From Sphaerodactylus townsendi (lineage: Eukaryota), in assembly GCF_021028975.2 (NCBI RefSeq), contig NC_059432.1, positions 72,478,001 through 72,542,000 of the forward strand: 64,000 bases of DNA, in the 5' to 3' direction. The notes beneath the pieces were generated by a model. The model was given only the letters and a program-made list of their open reading frames with translations. It had not been told where the DNA came from and searched no databases. The translations under genes and the position numbers were made by a program. Shown here piece by piece: positions 51,082 through 64,000 of the stretch. Each line of letters opens with the position of its first letter. The first letter of the stretch is position 1.

Positions 51082-51250
51082 GAGTCTGTGGCTCAGTGGT
51101 AGACCATCTGCTTTGATGGAGAAGGTCCTAGGTTTGATTTCCTAGCATGTCTACTTAAAGAAGGCTCAGGTAGTAGGTGACATGAATTACCTCTGTCTGA
51201 GACTGTGGGGGAGCTGCGACCAGTCAGAGTAGACAATACAGACCTGACTT
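51082..51250 (+). mobile_element. tRNA-derived SINE
   Basis: gtggctcagtggtaga (A box) ... ggtttgatttcc (B box-like) followed by a squamate SINE body. Confidence 0.7.
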
Positions 51251-52160
51251 GCTACAAAAGCATCCTCATGTGGAAGATGACTTTAAGTGCCTTCTCATCC
51301 TTGTGCATCATTTATGGGGCTTCTTATTCACAAGAGGAGCCATATTCACTTCCATTGCTGCCTGAAGTACGTGAGATCGAAACACGGTGGTGATAAGTAG
51401 ATAGGTGTGTAAGTTATTATTCTAATTGGTGTGAGATTTTGTGAAGAAAGTAGCAGTGCCGTGTATGAATAAGGAACGCATGTTTGTTGTATTGTCATTC
51501 AACACATGAGAGTGAACAGGAAAGCATTCAGAGCAGGGAATCCCTTATTTGTAGTCACATCTGATCTTTTCTCTCTCCCAAAATATATAGCACAAATAAA
51601 GGCTTTGGAGGGGAAAGAGAAAGATATGGCATATTGAGCTTTGGTGCAGGAAGAAACAACGTGCAAGACTTGTTCTGCTTCTCATAACCTAAAAGGGACT
51701 TTCTCTTTTCTGGTCAGAGGTTTGGGAAGAAGGGATAGGACATCTCTTTAGTGCTGAGCTTTGGAATTGCCTTCAATCGTATGAGTGGATGCATAAACAC
51801 CTTGTCGTAGTTTCATACTACAGTGAGCATTTTAGGTGACAGGGAGAGTCATGAAGGATACTACTTAAAAGAAGGCTCAGGTAGTAGGTGACATGAATGA
51901 CCTCCATCTGAGATCATGTTACTGTCAGGGTTTATATTATCCATGTTCCCACTTTCATATTTCTCATTGCGATACCAAGAGGGAAGGAGAAACCTGTTTC
52001 TGTACAGTAATACATGCAGCTGTTGTTTTGACTGTTTTACCAAAAAAAATCAAGTGCAATCCACACTTTTTAGGCAAGGCAATAGTATTATTACATTTAT
52101 GCAAAAATGTTCTTCTGATGTTTGATCTAGGAACTGATTTTCTTTTTCTTTGAATTGCAG

Positions 52161-52308
52161 GTGCCAGTGAAAGTGTAGGCAAGCATATGCTTGAAGCATG
52201 CAACAGTAATCTAGAAATGGCTGTCACTATGTTCCTCGATGGTGGAGGGATAGCAGATGAACCCAGTACTAGTTCGGCAAGTGTATCAAACCTTCGACCA
52301 CACACAGA
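52161..52308 (+). CDS. UBXN7: UBXN7 exon 2 (UBA-like)
   Basis: GASESVGKHMLEACNSNLEMAVTMFLDGGG; ttgcag| and |gtatgt; 148 nt. Confidence 0.95.
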
Positions 52309-54399
52309 GTATGTATCTTTGTGAATACTTATGCTGTTAGCTTTGAGAAATAGCTTTACAATGTGTGAACTACTGGTATCAAAATGTTGCACTATAAAGC
52401 TCTTAATGTTTCTTACTAAACCGCTTCCATCCAGTGGCTATTTTTGTATATTGCAAAAAAGAAGAGAATATAGAAATGCAAGCCAGATGCAAGTCATACA
52501 GTTCTATAGTACAGGAAGTATGAAGAATGGGAAGGCAGGATTCCTCATTCATAAAAAACTTTAGCTAAGAGTAACTGGCTAATATACCCATGTCTGATCC
52601 TGGCCACACATTCTTGTTTAGGGGAGTCAGATTGATTATGGTTAGCTGGAGGGCTGAGTTCAGACAATCTGCTAGCCGTAGAATTCAGGCATGAGATGGC
52701 CCAGAAATACTTGGAAAGAACCCCCCCCCCCCCCCGGACTTATTTCCAGTTTTTTTCCAATAATTAATTTAATTACAAAATCTGGATATATTAGAGCACA
52801 CTGGGGGAAAAAAACCTGTTATGAATTTCTTTTTTGGAAGCAGTGAAATTCTTTTAAAGGTGAGGTTTTAGTCACACTGCAGTGTGGTTGCAAGATTTTA
52901 TGCAGGACAATATAGAGCAGCAGTACTTAGTAGTTTAAGTGTCACATGTGGCTCTTTGATGTGTTACTTGTGTCTCTTCTGAGCACATTTTCCCATTGTG
53001 ACACCTGGCCCCATTCTCAAAGGATTGGATAAGTTTCCAACTTCCCTGAAGTGCAGGATTCATTCCAGGGATGGAAGTAAATGTGGCACTCTTGGTTAAT
53101 GGAAGATTCAGATGAGACTTCCTGCAAGCCATGGAGAGAATATCACTGTCAAGATCCCCTTGACCAGACAACAAGACACTTGTAGAATACAAAGGTTTCT
53201 TTATTGCAGGCATAAATCAGATCAAGTACAGTGTCAAAGACAGCTCTGCCAGGCGGGCAGGACAGTAAATCATATAAGCAGAACTTCCCACTCCCATTTA
53301 AACAACGAGCACAGAGTGAAAGTAGTTTTGGGAAAGTGGCCTTCAGAGGCCGGTGCCAGGGGAAGTAGATAAGCACCTGGCGCTTGGCAGACAGTGAGCT
53401 AGCAAGCAAAAGAATTCACACAGAGCAAAGCCCACAAAACCCAGGCCTGACATTCACTGTAATCGGTGATTACAATATTTTAGATATGTATTTCTTTAAA
53501 TGAGGCTAATTTTGTCAACAATTAATTTGCTGCAATATGTAAAATAATAAACCTTAACATGAACTCTATGGTAGTGTAACTCACTATCCAGATATGCTGA
53601 CAGTCCTGATGTGACTAGAAGTGTTTTTGTCTGAATAATTTTTAGTTACTACAAAACTTATTTGTTTCTATTTTCATCTCCCCCCCCCCCCATCTTTCCG
53701 ATAGCAAAAACTTAGATACATGTGATAAGGCAGCACAGAAGACAGCACTTTTTTCAGCATTCTTTTATTCATTTAAATTCTGCAAATATGCCAGGTATCA
53801 AACCTAAATATAGTTAGCACATAAGAAAATAAGTATTGGAAAGACTAAAAAGTGACCGAAGCGTTGCCGTATATCATCAAAGTTATATTCCAGTGGGATG
53901 TGTTGGTTGTGCCAGAGAATTGTAGAAGAATTTTAGCTGTTCTTTGAGGCTGAGTAGAATTTATTGAAAGGTCTGCTCCTGAATTTGTGATCAATTGAAT
54001 TCCTTGGTATAATGTGCTGAAATATTATTGGAATTCATCTTATAAATTTTTATTTGGCTTAAGATCTAGTCTGTTCCATTGTCCCACTCTAACCAGTGTC
54101 TGAATTAAGAACAAAAAAATTCCTGCTGTCAGCTTTTATATTCTTTATAGTTTACTGTTTGTATGGAACATCTTTTATATGTAATGACATCTGTACTTTA
54201 ACTATTGGGAAGGAATCTTTCCTCATCAGACAACTAAGATGTTCTTCCACATAGTTACTACTTGACAAACTGTATAGACTGAAATGGGTTGTAGATCTCA
54301 GGGATAGAGCTGGTGGACACAGCCCTTGTCTGTCGTCTTTGGTATACAGTCATCAAATGCAGTTACATTCAAGCAGCTGTGTGTGTTAAATCTTTACAG

Positions 54400-54467
54400 A
54401 GATGAAGTAAGAGCCCCCATTCCTCAAAAGCAAGAAATACTGGTAGAACCCGAACCCTTATTTGGTG
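54400..54467 (+). CDS. UBXN7: UBXN7 exon 3
   Basis: DEVRAPIPQKQEILVEPEPLFG; tttacag| and |gtaagt; 68 nt. Confidence 0.95.
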
Positions 54468-55322
54468 GTAAGTGCATTTCATTTTAGTGGTTCCCCTCCA
54501 GATGTGATTAAAGAAAATTTTTGCTAGACCATCTCCTGATCTACACTGCCATTATCCACCCTGTATTTTCAGTATGTGATCTCTCAGTTAGCATTGAAGT
54601 GTTCATGCTGTTATCATATTCCATGGAGTTGCAATTATGTGTAGAAGTCCAGCCTTTCATATTCAACTGGTATTTCTGGGAGTATATTTTACATACTTGT
54701 AAAATTTTACATATTTATAAAATATGTACAATTCTCAGTTTTTAAATGGAGAACTGAAGCAGAAGAGTAGTGATCTCTACAGGACCGCCCACCAATAGTC
54801 CCTCTAATCCTTCCTGAGTGCTGAGCAGAACTTCCAAGGCAATGTGCTTAACTGAGCCGCCTGGGAGAACTCCCCCTGCCAGGTGGACCCTTACCTGCAT
54901 GGCACCAATACAGTGGCTATGCAACTTACAGGGAACGTTGCCACCCACTGAATCCTGGTAAAATGTTCTGCTAGGCAGCATTGGCTGTCATGTCTGACAG
55001 AATAATGAATATCCTCAAACTAAAGGGGCAAAAGTTAATGTTCTTAACACAGGGTAACATTGTGGCAGGAAGTTCATAGCCAGCTCTTCAACAAAGGGCA
55101 GCTGCTTCTTGGGAACAAGGCACATTTAGGGTTTGTGATTAAAAGCCATGTTATAAAAATTACAGTACTTTGTGCTACTTTTCAGTTTCTCATAAAATGA
55201 CGTAAGATCTGGTCCCTGGATGGTGGAGGTAAAAGAAGTTACTTCCTCACCCTACCAGTCTCCACTTCCTCCCCTCTTGCTGTGGAACTCAGCAAAAGAG
55301 ATTTAGCTGTCTTTTTTGCCCT

Positions 55323-55530
55323 AGTCAATTCATAGCAGACCTGTGGTGACCCCGTGGGATTTTCAGGGCAAGGACCATTCAGAGGTGCTTTGCGTTTACC
55401 TGCTTCTGCATCACAACCCTGGATTTCCTTGGTAGTCTCCTATCTAAATTCTAACCAGGGCCGCCCATCCCTGCTTAGCTTCCTATTATATCTGATTAAA
55501 TTGGACTGGCCTGGGCTATCCGGGTCAGGG
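55323..55530 (-). mobile_element. 5S-derived SINE
   Basis: ctaaccagggccg...ccctgcttagcttcc (reverse 5S-like) plus RTE-type tail. Confidence 0.65.
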
Positions 55531-56512
55531 TTGCTTCAGAACCCCAGAATGGCAGCTGAGATCTCACAAGGTGAACTTGTTGCACACTTTTGACTTTATT
55601 CAGTTTCCCCTTTTTTTAAAAAAAACAAAAGCCTGTTCAGATATTTCTGTAAACCTGATGTGTTGCCTTGGTAAACCTATTGTGTGTGTGTTCTAATTCC
55701 ATACCGGTGGCTACCCACTGTCAAGCAGCTAATGTCAAGGCCCTTTCCTTTAGACATGTTTTTTGGTGTACATTCACATAGAGAGATAGCATTATATCTC
55801 TTGAAGGAGTTGGTTCAAAGTTGAACTAGATTTGTGCTTGAAAGTCCCATCTCTCGTCTGATCTTCCTTGGTAGGTGTGGTAAGAGGAGGGTGGGAAGCA
55901 TTTTGGTCAGCATCATCAAACATGATCTGAGGACTTGAAGCAGACATTATATTCTTAAAGATGTTGATGTGTTCACATAGCGGGGGTCTGCAACCTTCTT
56001 GAGCCTATGGCCCACTTTGGAATTCTGCCATAGGAAGAGGGGTGAACAGCAAGATTTCAGGGAATGAGGCCATGTGTAACTTTAATGGTAACTCTTCAGT
56101 ATTTCAGGCAGAAACTCTGCTTAACAGGATGACTTTTTAAATGAACATTTTGTTTAAAAATATTTTCTTTCATACACCTTCAGTCACACAGTGAAGATTC
56201 TTGAGTTATGGTGGCAGCTTCTACCAAAGCAGTTTTGTCAAAAATCTGCACAACCAATCAGAAGCACTGCTTAGCAAAAGCTCCACATGGCCCTGCACAC
56301 ATTCAAAAAACACTTGGCAGTTGCAGGGAAAGGTTTGGGTGGGCACTAGGGTGAGGATCCCTGACGTACTAGATTATGGCTATTCTAGAACGATCTAGTC
56401 ATCCTTGAGCTGAAAGAGATGACCTGAGGCTTTAGGTTTTTATTGTAAATCTAAAGTTTGGTTATACTGAAAGATTTGTTTATGACTAATGCATACTTCT
56501 ATTCTTGTTCAG

Positions 56513-56578
56513 CTCCAAAAAGGCGCAGACCTGCTCGTTCAATATTTGATGGTTTTCGAGATTTCCAGACAGAAACCA
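56513..56578 (+). CDS. UBXN7: UBXN7 exon 4
   Basis: APKRRRPARSIFDGFRDFQTET; gttcag| and |gtaggt; 66 nt. Confidence 0.95.
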
Positions 56579-57082
56579 GTAGGTATCTGTGGTTCATTAG
56601 TGAATATTTTCACATACCGTGGATTCAGTTATTGGTTGCACCCAGAGCTGGTAATTTGGAGCTTTTAGATTTCCTGACACTGACTGTGTTGTATAATCTG
56701 CTAGACAGTTGAATGATGTAGCTACAAACAGAATAACCTATTACTATAGCATCACTTTGCAGAGGCAGAGTGGACTGTAATTTAGATTAAGACAGTCCTT
56801 GGTGTCAGCATGAGAGAAACTGCATATATTATCTGGGGAGCCAGCCAAGTTTCTTGCTGTTTAGTTGCAGTTATTTAAATAACTTTGTTTTTGTTTTGTG
56901 AGACTGGAATTTGAGATCCAGCTAATTACAGCAATTGACTGTGATTTGCAATATAATTTATTAATTCATTGCTCTACAAGTCCCAACACCAATAGTAACA
57001 CCCCCTTTCCCTGGAAAGGGTATCTCTCTTGCACTGGCTTTTGCAAAAAGTGGAAACAAAGGAAGAAACTTGTATGTCTTTG

Positions 57083-58260
57083 ATTTGATTTTTGATTTGA
57101 AATTTAATTTATATACCACCCTCCCCCGGAAGGCTCAGGGCGGTGTACAACATGATAAGTAACAACAATATCAATATAATAGGACCAAGCATAATGGTAA
57201 CATCGTTTACAATAACCCCTAACATAATCCAACATCAGCTTAATAAACATTAATAATAATATTCCTATCTCAGGTTAACCACTAACAATATAATCATCAT
57301 AGTACATAATAACAATTTGCAATAGCATAACAACATAATACATAGCATACAAGTAGTAGCAAAGCATCAAATATCACACACCTTAGTACCTGCAATAAAC
57401 ACCAATCCCTGTACATAACTTGTTAACCATTACAACTAAACAACCTCATAGATTAATTAACCTGATAACAAACATAAGATTAGAAAATAAAAATATATAG
57501 ATGGCGATTTCCTCCAGCATTGTAAACCAGGACCTAACTACAACTACAGTGGTACCTTGAAAATCGCAGATAATCCGTCTGGAGATTATCGGCGATTTCC
57601 GAAAACGGCATATTTTGAGGAACGCCGTTTGCACATGCGTAATGCCGTTAGTGCACACGCAATGCCATTAGTGCATGCACAATGCCGTTTGTGTATGTGC
57701 AACGCCGTTTGCGTACCCTCGTCGGCCGCCGAAAATAGAGGCGGCCGACGATTTTCGAGTGTGGAAATCGGCGCCTAGCAATTGTCGATTGCTGAAATGG
57801 ACGATTATCGAAGGCATCAATTTTCGAGGTACTACTGTATCTACTCTTTCAGAAACCAGTTTAGTGTGTACATTTTTGACCCAATGTATAGCAACCTAAT
57901 TCTCGTTTCACCCAAGCAGGTTGACTACTAAACTGCACTAAACTAAAATTCTTCAACATCCTGCAAAAATCCAGTGAAATCCCAAAATTTACCAACAACA
58001 ATCCCCAGACATTTAATCAACTTAATTTCTTTCTCGGGGGCAGAGTTCATGGAAAACCAATGCTGTCGCCCCTTCTCCCTCCAAATTCTCTAGCAGCCAC
58101 ACATGATGGAAAGGGCAGGGTTTTCAGAGAGGGCAAAAAGATCCAAATCCCTTTTGCCAACATCTTTTCCAGCACCTCCGTAGGCCTTGGGTTTAGTGGC
58201 AAAAAGCCTTGTGGCATTTCCTTGCTTTCTTTGAAGTATCTTTGAAGTTGAAATAAGGCC
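57083..58260 (-). mobile_element. LINE 3' region (L2-like) with low-complexity UTR, interrupted by a MITE
   Basis: Minus-strand end gtacaccgccctgagccttccggggg...taaat(tcaaa)n, typical of L2-type tails. The distal boundary is uncertain. Confidence 0.5.
57547..57837. mobile_element. Tc1/mariner (Tigger/pogo-like) MITE with internal 20-bp tandem array
   Basis: TIR cagtggtaccttgaaaat / attttcgaggtactactg, TA TSD on both sides. Confidence 0.85.
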
Positions 58261-58976
58261 CTGTCCCTCTCCTAAAATTTCTGTACATGTAACAAAATTT
58301 GCCAAGGGTGGGGAGAAGAAGGCTTGTTTAGTTTTCTTGCTTCTGCCTCTTTCAAAGCTACATCAGAAACAGACCCAGCCCCCTGAGTTTCAAGTACAGA
58401 GCTGGGATAAATGCCATTACTTGCATTCTGAAAGAGTTTGCAGTCATGGATTTCAAAAAGTTATAAATTGACAGTTTCCCAGGGTTTTTGTTTTTTGTTC
58501 TTCCTCCTCTTTTGTACTTTTATAGCACAAGAGAATGAAATTGTTACCTTTTAAAGACAATATAAACTGAAATGTTACTTATTAAAAACAAGCATGCTAC
58601 TCTCTTATTAAGGTTGTGGGAAATTTAAAAGAATATTTGGTTATTAGGCCAAGAACCATGTTGCTGTAATAAATTCTAAACTTATGTGGCAAGCTCTCCT
58701 TCTTGAGGATTTCCTTTAAATACATTACTGATTGCCAATAGGTAGAAAGATACTTTAGGTATAATGTGCAGTGCTGAAATGGCCTTGTTCTGTTCCTTTG
58801 GCTGCCTATTACTGACTTCAAGACAAAGTCTTGTATTTCCCTTTTCTCTCTGCTTTTCTGAAGTTTATATGTTTTTAAAAAGCAGACTTGAGTTTTATCT
58901 GTAAGTTGCCATGACAACTGAACAGTTTTGTTGAATGTTTTGTCTAACTTGTGTTTTTCCTTCTGGGGCTCTACAG

Positions 58977-59089
58977 TTCGGCAGGAACAGGAATTGAGGA
59001 ATGGAGGAGCAATAGACAAAAAACTCACCACCCTTGCAGACCTCTTCAGGCCTCCAATTGATCTGATGCATAAAGGAAGCTTTGAAACA
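58977..59089 (+). CDS. UBXN7: UBXN7 exon 5 (gene continues beyond the window)
   Basis: IRQEQELRNGGAIDKKLTTLADLFRPPIDLMHKGSFET; ctacag| and |gtaggt; 113 nt. Confidence 0.95.
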
Positions 59090-59163
59090 GTAGGTTGCTA
59101 ACCTTCAGTACAGTTACTTGTGTGGTGGCTCCAGCACCAAGTGTATTGTGGGAACTTTGGAAG

Positions 59164-59322
59164 CAGGGACGTAGGTAAGGTGGGGGGGGGGGGGTTCACG
59201 GGTTCAAACACCTCCCATTACATGTCCGGCTTGCTTGAAACAATGCATGGAATGGGACAGCCGGAAAGTCAGCTCAGTCACTGAACCCACCCCATTAAAA
59301 AAAATCTATATCTACATCACTG
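59164..59322. mobile_element. hAT-type MITE
   Basis: TIR cagggacgtag / ctacatcactg, 8-bp TSD tttggaag / ttaggaag. Confidence 0.7.
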
Positions 59323-60532
59323 TTAGGAAGTAACTTACAGAGTTTGCTTTTGTATGGTGGTAGCTAGTTGCATTCATATTTACTTTTGACCAAGAGGACT
59401 AATCCTCTTTATTAGAAATCTGTTTTGAGGAAATACAGTTCTATTAGCATTTCTCTGCCAATTTTTAAAAAATTTGTCTACCTATTAAGAGGCATCAGTG
59501 AAAGATATACATGAGGGTGTAAGGACGAATTGCATTAAAGCATCCTAGTTTCATTGAAAGGCATGCTATGTATATAAGCATCATGCTTCTAATTACTTTT
59601 AGCAAGAACGTACTCTGTTGCATTTCAAGTTTTGATCAAGGGTAGAGGAAGGGTATAATTTAGTAAGCAAGGACATACAAAGTATGCTCAGTAACCCAGG
59701 GTAATTGATTGACTTGAAAAGAACCTTGGGTACAAGGAAGACATCAATCTAAAACCTTGCAAAACTGCTAAACAGGTCAGAGGCCTGGCTCAGCATATGG
59801 CTGCTCTTTATAGCGTTGACTTTTCAACTTAATTTACTTCCAAGTAAGTGTGGTTAGGGCTGACTCCTTAGACAAATTAACATTTTTTGGTTTCTTCCCT
59901 ACACTGATTGTAAACCAGGCAGAAATTAAGCGTCTGTTCTTACAAACATACGCATACATTTTAAAAATCATATAGTACACCCACAGAAGATCTGTAAAAT
60001 ATGGTTACTGTTGAGTATTTCTTAGCATAAATATACCTCTATGTAAATTCAAGAACTTCTGTGCTTGAACATGTAGAATGGTCAATGGATAAGTGTCTGG
60101 GTTTTGCCTCATGATTTCCCAAGAACTTTGCCTTGGATCCTACCTGGAATTTCTGCAGGCACAAATTGGGAGGGGGCATCCATTTCTGCCAGTTCGCTCA
60201 TCCCATGGCATACCTGTGATATCCCCAAGCTACTCTCTGGGGTCCCTAACCTTTGGGTCAGCATTTTGTGGGGTGGTTTTCGTTGATGTAGGGAAGTGAG
60301 ACAGCAAATATCATCTCCTTGAGCATGCAGCAGTCCTAGATGAGATCTAAGCCCTTACCAATGTGGCCTTTTAAAAAGATGGCAATCTGATATGGTCAGC
60401 CTCTTCAAGAATTAAAAGTTGTGTTACCTCCATCTTATATGGTAGAAAACATCAGGCTCACCTGTTGATATCTTTATTCCATTTTGATATATCACTGCCA
60501 CTGTGTCTATGGATCTGTCTACGCTTCTTTTA

Positions 60533-60999
60533 AGATCTGCATGGTGTAGTGGTTAAGTGCTTGCACTGCCACTCACACAGTCAGGAATTCGAGCCCCCTG
60601 TGGGTCAGTTATCCTGGCAGCTGGCTCATGATCAACTCAGCCATCCATCCATTTCTTAGTCGGTAAATTAGTATCTAGCTCATAGGTAGGGGGTAAAAAT
60701 AGCCGGGGAAAGCAATGGCAAACTACCCTACAAAAGAGGCTAAGTGCTTGCACTGCCACTCACACAGTCAGGAATTCGAGCCCCCTGTGGGTCAGTTATC
60801 CTGGCAGCTGGCTCATGATCAACTCAGCCATCCATCCATTTCTTAGTCGGTAAATTAGTATCTAGCTCATAGTTAGAGGGTAAAAATAGCTGGGGAAAGC
60901 AATGGCAAACTACCCTACAAAAGAGGCTGGCCTATGAAATCACTGCTCACAGTGGTACCCCAGGGTTGGACACAACTGAAGGGGAAACTTTACCTTTAA
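60533..60999 (+). mobile_element. Sauria-type SINE with internal 187-bp tandem duplication
   Basis: tRNA head, actttaccttt tail, TSD gcttctttta (60523-60532, 61000-61009). Confidence 0.85.
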
Positions 61000-61082
61000 G
61001 CTTCTTTTAGCTCAAAAGTTATTTTCCCAGCTAAGGCTTGCCATGGTGTTTCACCTGCCCTTGTGCTCTTGGAGTTTTCCTA

Positions 61083-61805
61083 CCCTGTTTCCCCAAATAT
61101 AAGACATCCCCGGAAAATAAGACGTAGTAGAGGTTTTGCTGAAATGCGAAATATAAGGCATCCCCCCAAAGTAAGACGTGGCAAAGTTTTTGGTTGGAAG
61201 CATGCCTGACAAACAGAATAGAAGAATAGAATAGAATAGAATCTTTATTGGCCAAGTGTGATTGGACACACAAGGAATTTGTCTCCGGTGCATATGCTCT
61301 CAGTGTACATAAAAGAAAAATACATTTGTCAAGAATCATAAGGTACAACACTTAATGATTGTCATATAGGTCTAGTAAGCATCAGTGGGGAAACAATCAA
61401 TTAAGTAATGAAAAACATAAAATGTATAAAAATCATGAAATAAAATGAATGAAATGTCAGCACAGGCTATAGTCATACAGTCATAAGTGGGAGGAGATAG
61501 ATAATAGGAATAATGAAAAAAAGTAGTGCAGTAATTATATAATAAATATATAATAAATAGTTTGACATTATCGAGGGAATTATTTGTTTATGCAGAGTGA
61601 TGGCATTCGGGAAAAAACTGTTCTTATGTCTAGTTGTCTTGGTGTGCAGTGCTCTGTAGCGACATTTAGAGGGTAAGAGTTGAAACAGTTTATGTCCAGA
61701 ATACAGAAATATAAGACATCCCCTGAAAATAAGACACATAAGCTGCATCTTTTTTGGAGCAAAAAATTAATATTACAAAGACACCTGTATCTTATATTTG
61801 AAGAG
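61083..61805. mobile_element. Tc2/pogo-like MITE split by a LINE insertion
   Basis: ta|ccctgtttccccaaatataagac end; repeated aaataagac motifs on both sides of the insert; degenerate right end. Confidence 0.6.
61216..61700 (-). mobile_element. Rex1/Babar LINE 3' end
   Basis: GHKLFQLLPSKCRYRALHTKTTRHKNSFFPNAITL (Rex1/Babar C-terminal motif), aataaa and (ttcta)n tail. Confidence 0.8.
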
Positions 61806-64000
61806 CTTTCCTGACGAAGTATAGGGAGCACTACTTGATTAAAAGCTCCTTTTTGGAGCCTCTGTCCCATCTTCATTAATTTTTGAATGTAAAACTGCAT
61901 ACCTGGAAATTCGATCGTTGTTTTCATTGATGTAAATGTTGGTCATTGATGTAAATGTTGGTCAAAAAGGTTCATATTTTCTTCCCAAATATCTTTCAGT
62001 ACATCTCTCCATATATTGGCAGAGATTTAAAAAAAATTTCAAGGCCTCTGTTCTGAAAGGTCTGCCTCTACCTTTCCATGTATTTACTGATTTTGAAAAT
62101 ATATATATGGCCTCTCCAGAGACCTGCTTGATTTAGTGGACTCGCTGCTTTTATAACTTCTCTTAGTTGCTTCCAGTTCACTATTTAGTTCCTGTATTCC
62201 TCCATTAAAGCAAAATACTTTATTATCTAATATGTTACATTTTTTGTTTGTAGAATGCTATGCATGGTTTTGCTCTAAACTAAAGATAACGTGGATTCTC
62301 CCTCTTGGATTGTACTTCAAATAAACATATAATCTTGCCTCTGTTGAAACTTCCCAGTGCTGTTTCAAAGGCACATTTAAAAGTCACCATTTAATCTACT
62401 TGGGTTATTTAAGAGTGAGTTCCTTTTTTACAAACCACACAAAAGGAGCATCATTCGTATGGAAATTCCCTCCTCTGACTTCCCATTGCTCCAGTAAGAC
62501 ATGGTTGGGTTTTCCCACATTTTGGAATGTATGAAGAAGTTCTGAAAAGCTGAGGAATTTGTAGTTTTAATGCTAGTATAATCATGTGAGGTTATGGATC
62601 ATAGTCTGACCTGTATAGTTTATGCCCATTTATTCCACCAATGTTGTATTGAACTAAAGTATGTCAGACACTCAGCTTTGATTTGAAGGTTAACCTGAGG
62701 AATATGCCCATCTCTTGAGAAGTAGGTTCCCAAATCTTTAATCTTTTAATCACCATTGTTCCCTTAGCTGAGTTCAACTGCAAGCAATTCAATAACGTTC
62801 AGGCAATGCAGTTATATAAATGTTTTTAAAAATGAGTTCAATTTATCTGGTTATCTTCGATAGCTGTGTAGGGATGCCAAGGAAGTGTAGTGTGTGACTC
62901 ATGTTTCTGTGTTGAACTGAACAGCCTTTTATCTATTCAGTTTCTTACACTATAAGAAGAAATAAAGATGCTTGCTCTTATTCTAAATTCAAGAAAGATT
63001 AGTAATATGCCAGTTAAAACAAAGGAAACAATAGTGTTTTTTTTTTAATTTATAGCCAGCATTCTCAGTTGATGGGGCACTTATTCCTGGTAGAGCAGAG
63101 TTAAAATCTTCTCAGCCATGAACTTACTGAGTGAGTAGCCTTGGACCAAGTTAACTGTTGTCAGCTTAAGATGGAAAGTTAAACTGTATACTGCAAAGGG
63201 CTGTAGAAAATGCGGCTCTCTATACTGACACTTCTTCCAGTGCTTCATAAATGTTAATTTTTCCTTTTGCCCTTTTTATGGAGCTGAAGCAGAGCTTGAT
63301 TAAACTGTAGGGTCTGGATGGAAAGCAGAAGTTTATCCTGTAATATTTTTATGTCTTCTTTGGAGATGACGATTTGAGCTAATGTGGAGTCCATACTTCA
63401 TAAGCTAAACCTGTAACAAAAATTGGGCAAGTAATTTTTTGTATTGGTCAGTAATGCAGTAGCAATCAACACAGAAACTCAGAGTTCTTTTAAAATAAGA
63501 TGAGGGTATTTACGCTGTAATTTTGAACCGTTTGCTTTCAAGTAAATGTGCTAAGGATTGGGGATGCTAAAGAGCTTTGTTTTGCAAGAGCTGAGCAAGT
63601 TGCACTGATGCTAAACTAGGTGCCTGAATGAAAGAAACAAGATGAACCCTTGATCTGTTCCTTGTACATGTCCTTTAGAAAAAGCTACATCAGAATTCGC
63701 AAGTTGAGCTAACAAAAATCAGAAGTAAATTTTACTAACAGGCCCATTATGCATGGAACACTTACCTCAAGCCTGTTCTCTGCACAGTGGCTCATCGTGT
63801 GCTCTCCTCATATTTCTCTGTTTATATGTGAAAAGGCAGCCTGCAGCGCCGTTTGTCTGCTGAACTCTGCTGGGCCTCTGCTTTTCCTGAAATGAAAGTG
63901 GGGCTCCAGAAAATACAAGAAATCTTGCTGTGGCAAAAACTGACCTCCGTTACGCAGCAAAGACCTTGTACATAATCGGGTTTTTCTGACAGAAGTTGCT

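Noticed and set aside
57621-57720. Regular 20-bp array resembling CRISPR
   Set aside because: No unique spacers, no cas genes, vertebrate context; it is a minisatellite inside a MITE.
60538-60605. tRNA genes at SINE heads (also near 22940-23008 and 51085) and 5S rRNA genes (near 1, 7750 and 55450)
   Set aside because: Degenerate and fused to SINE bodies and tails; no intact cloverleaf or full 5S sequence.

Overview
Vertebrate nuclear DNA, not prokaryotic. The repeat content (Sauria/Squam-type SINEs, 5S-derived SINEs, Penelope 3' ends) points to a squamate reptile, probably a gecko (inference). The window holds the gene block syntenic with human 3q29: NRROS(-), FBXO45(-), WDR53(+), SMCO1(+), RNF168(+) and the first five exons of UBXN7(+). 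All coding exons were traced by hand with GT-AG boundaries and consistent reading phase. Introns and intergenic DNA are dense in transposon remnants: hAT, Tc/mariner and Harbinger-type MITEs, LINE ends, SINEs, Penelope ends carrying minimal hammerhead ribozyme motifs, and a decayed Harbinger transposase. The most unusual observation is a pair of 450-500 bp TIR-bounded elements (26597-27043 and 30949-31449). They share little primary sequence but show nearly the same ordered series of stem-loops, which suggests a folded RNA/ssDNA architecture has been conserved inside a non-autonomous DNA transposon family. Gene and repeat names come from recognition of the sequences, not from database searches.
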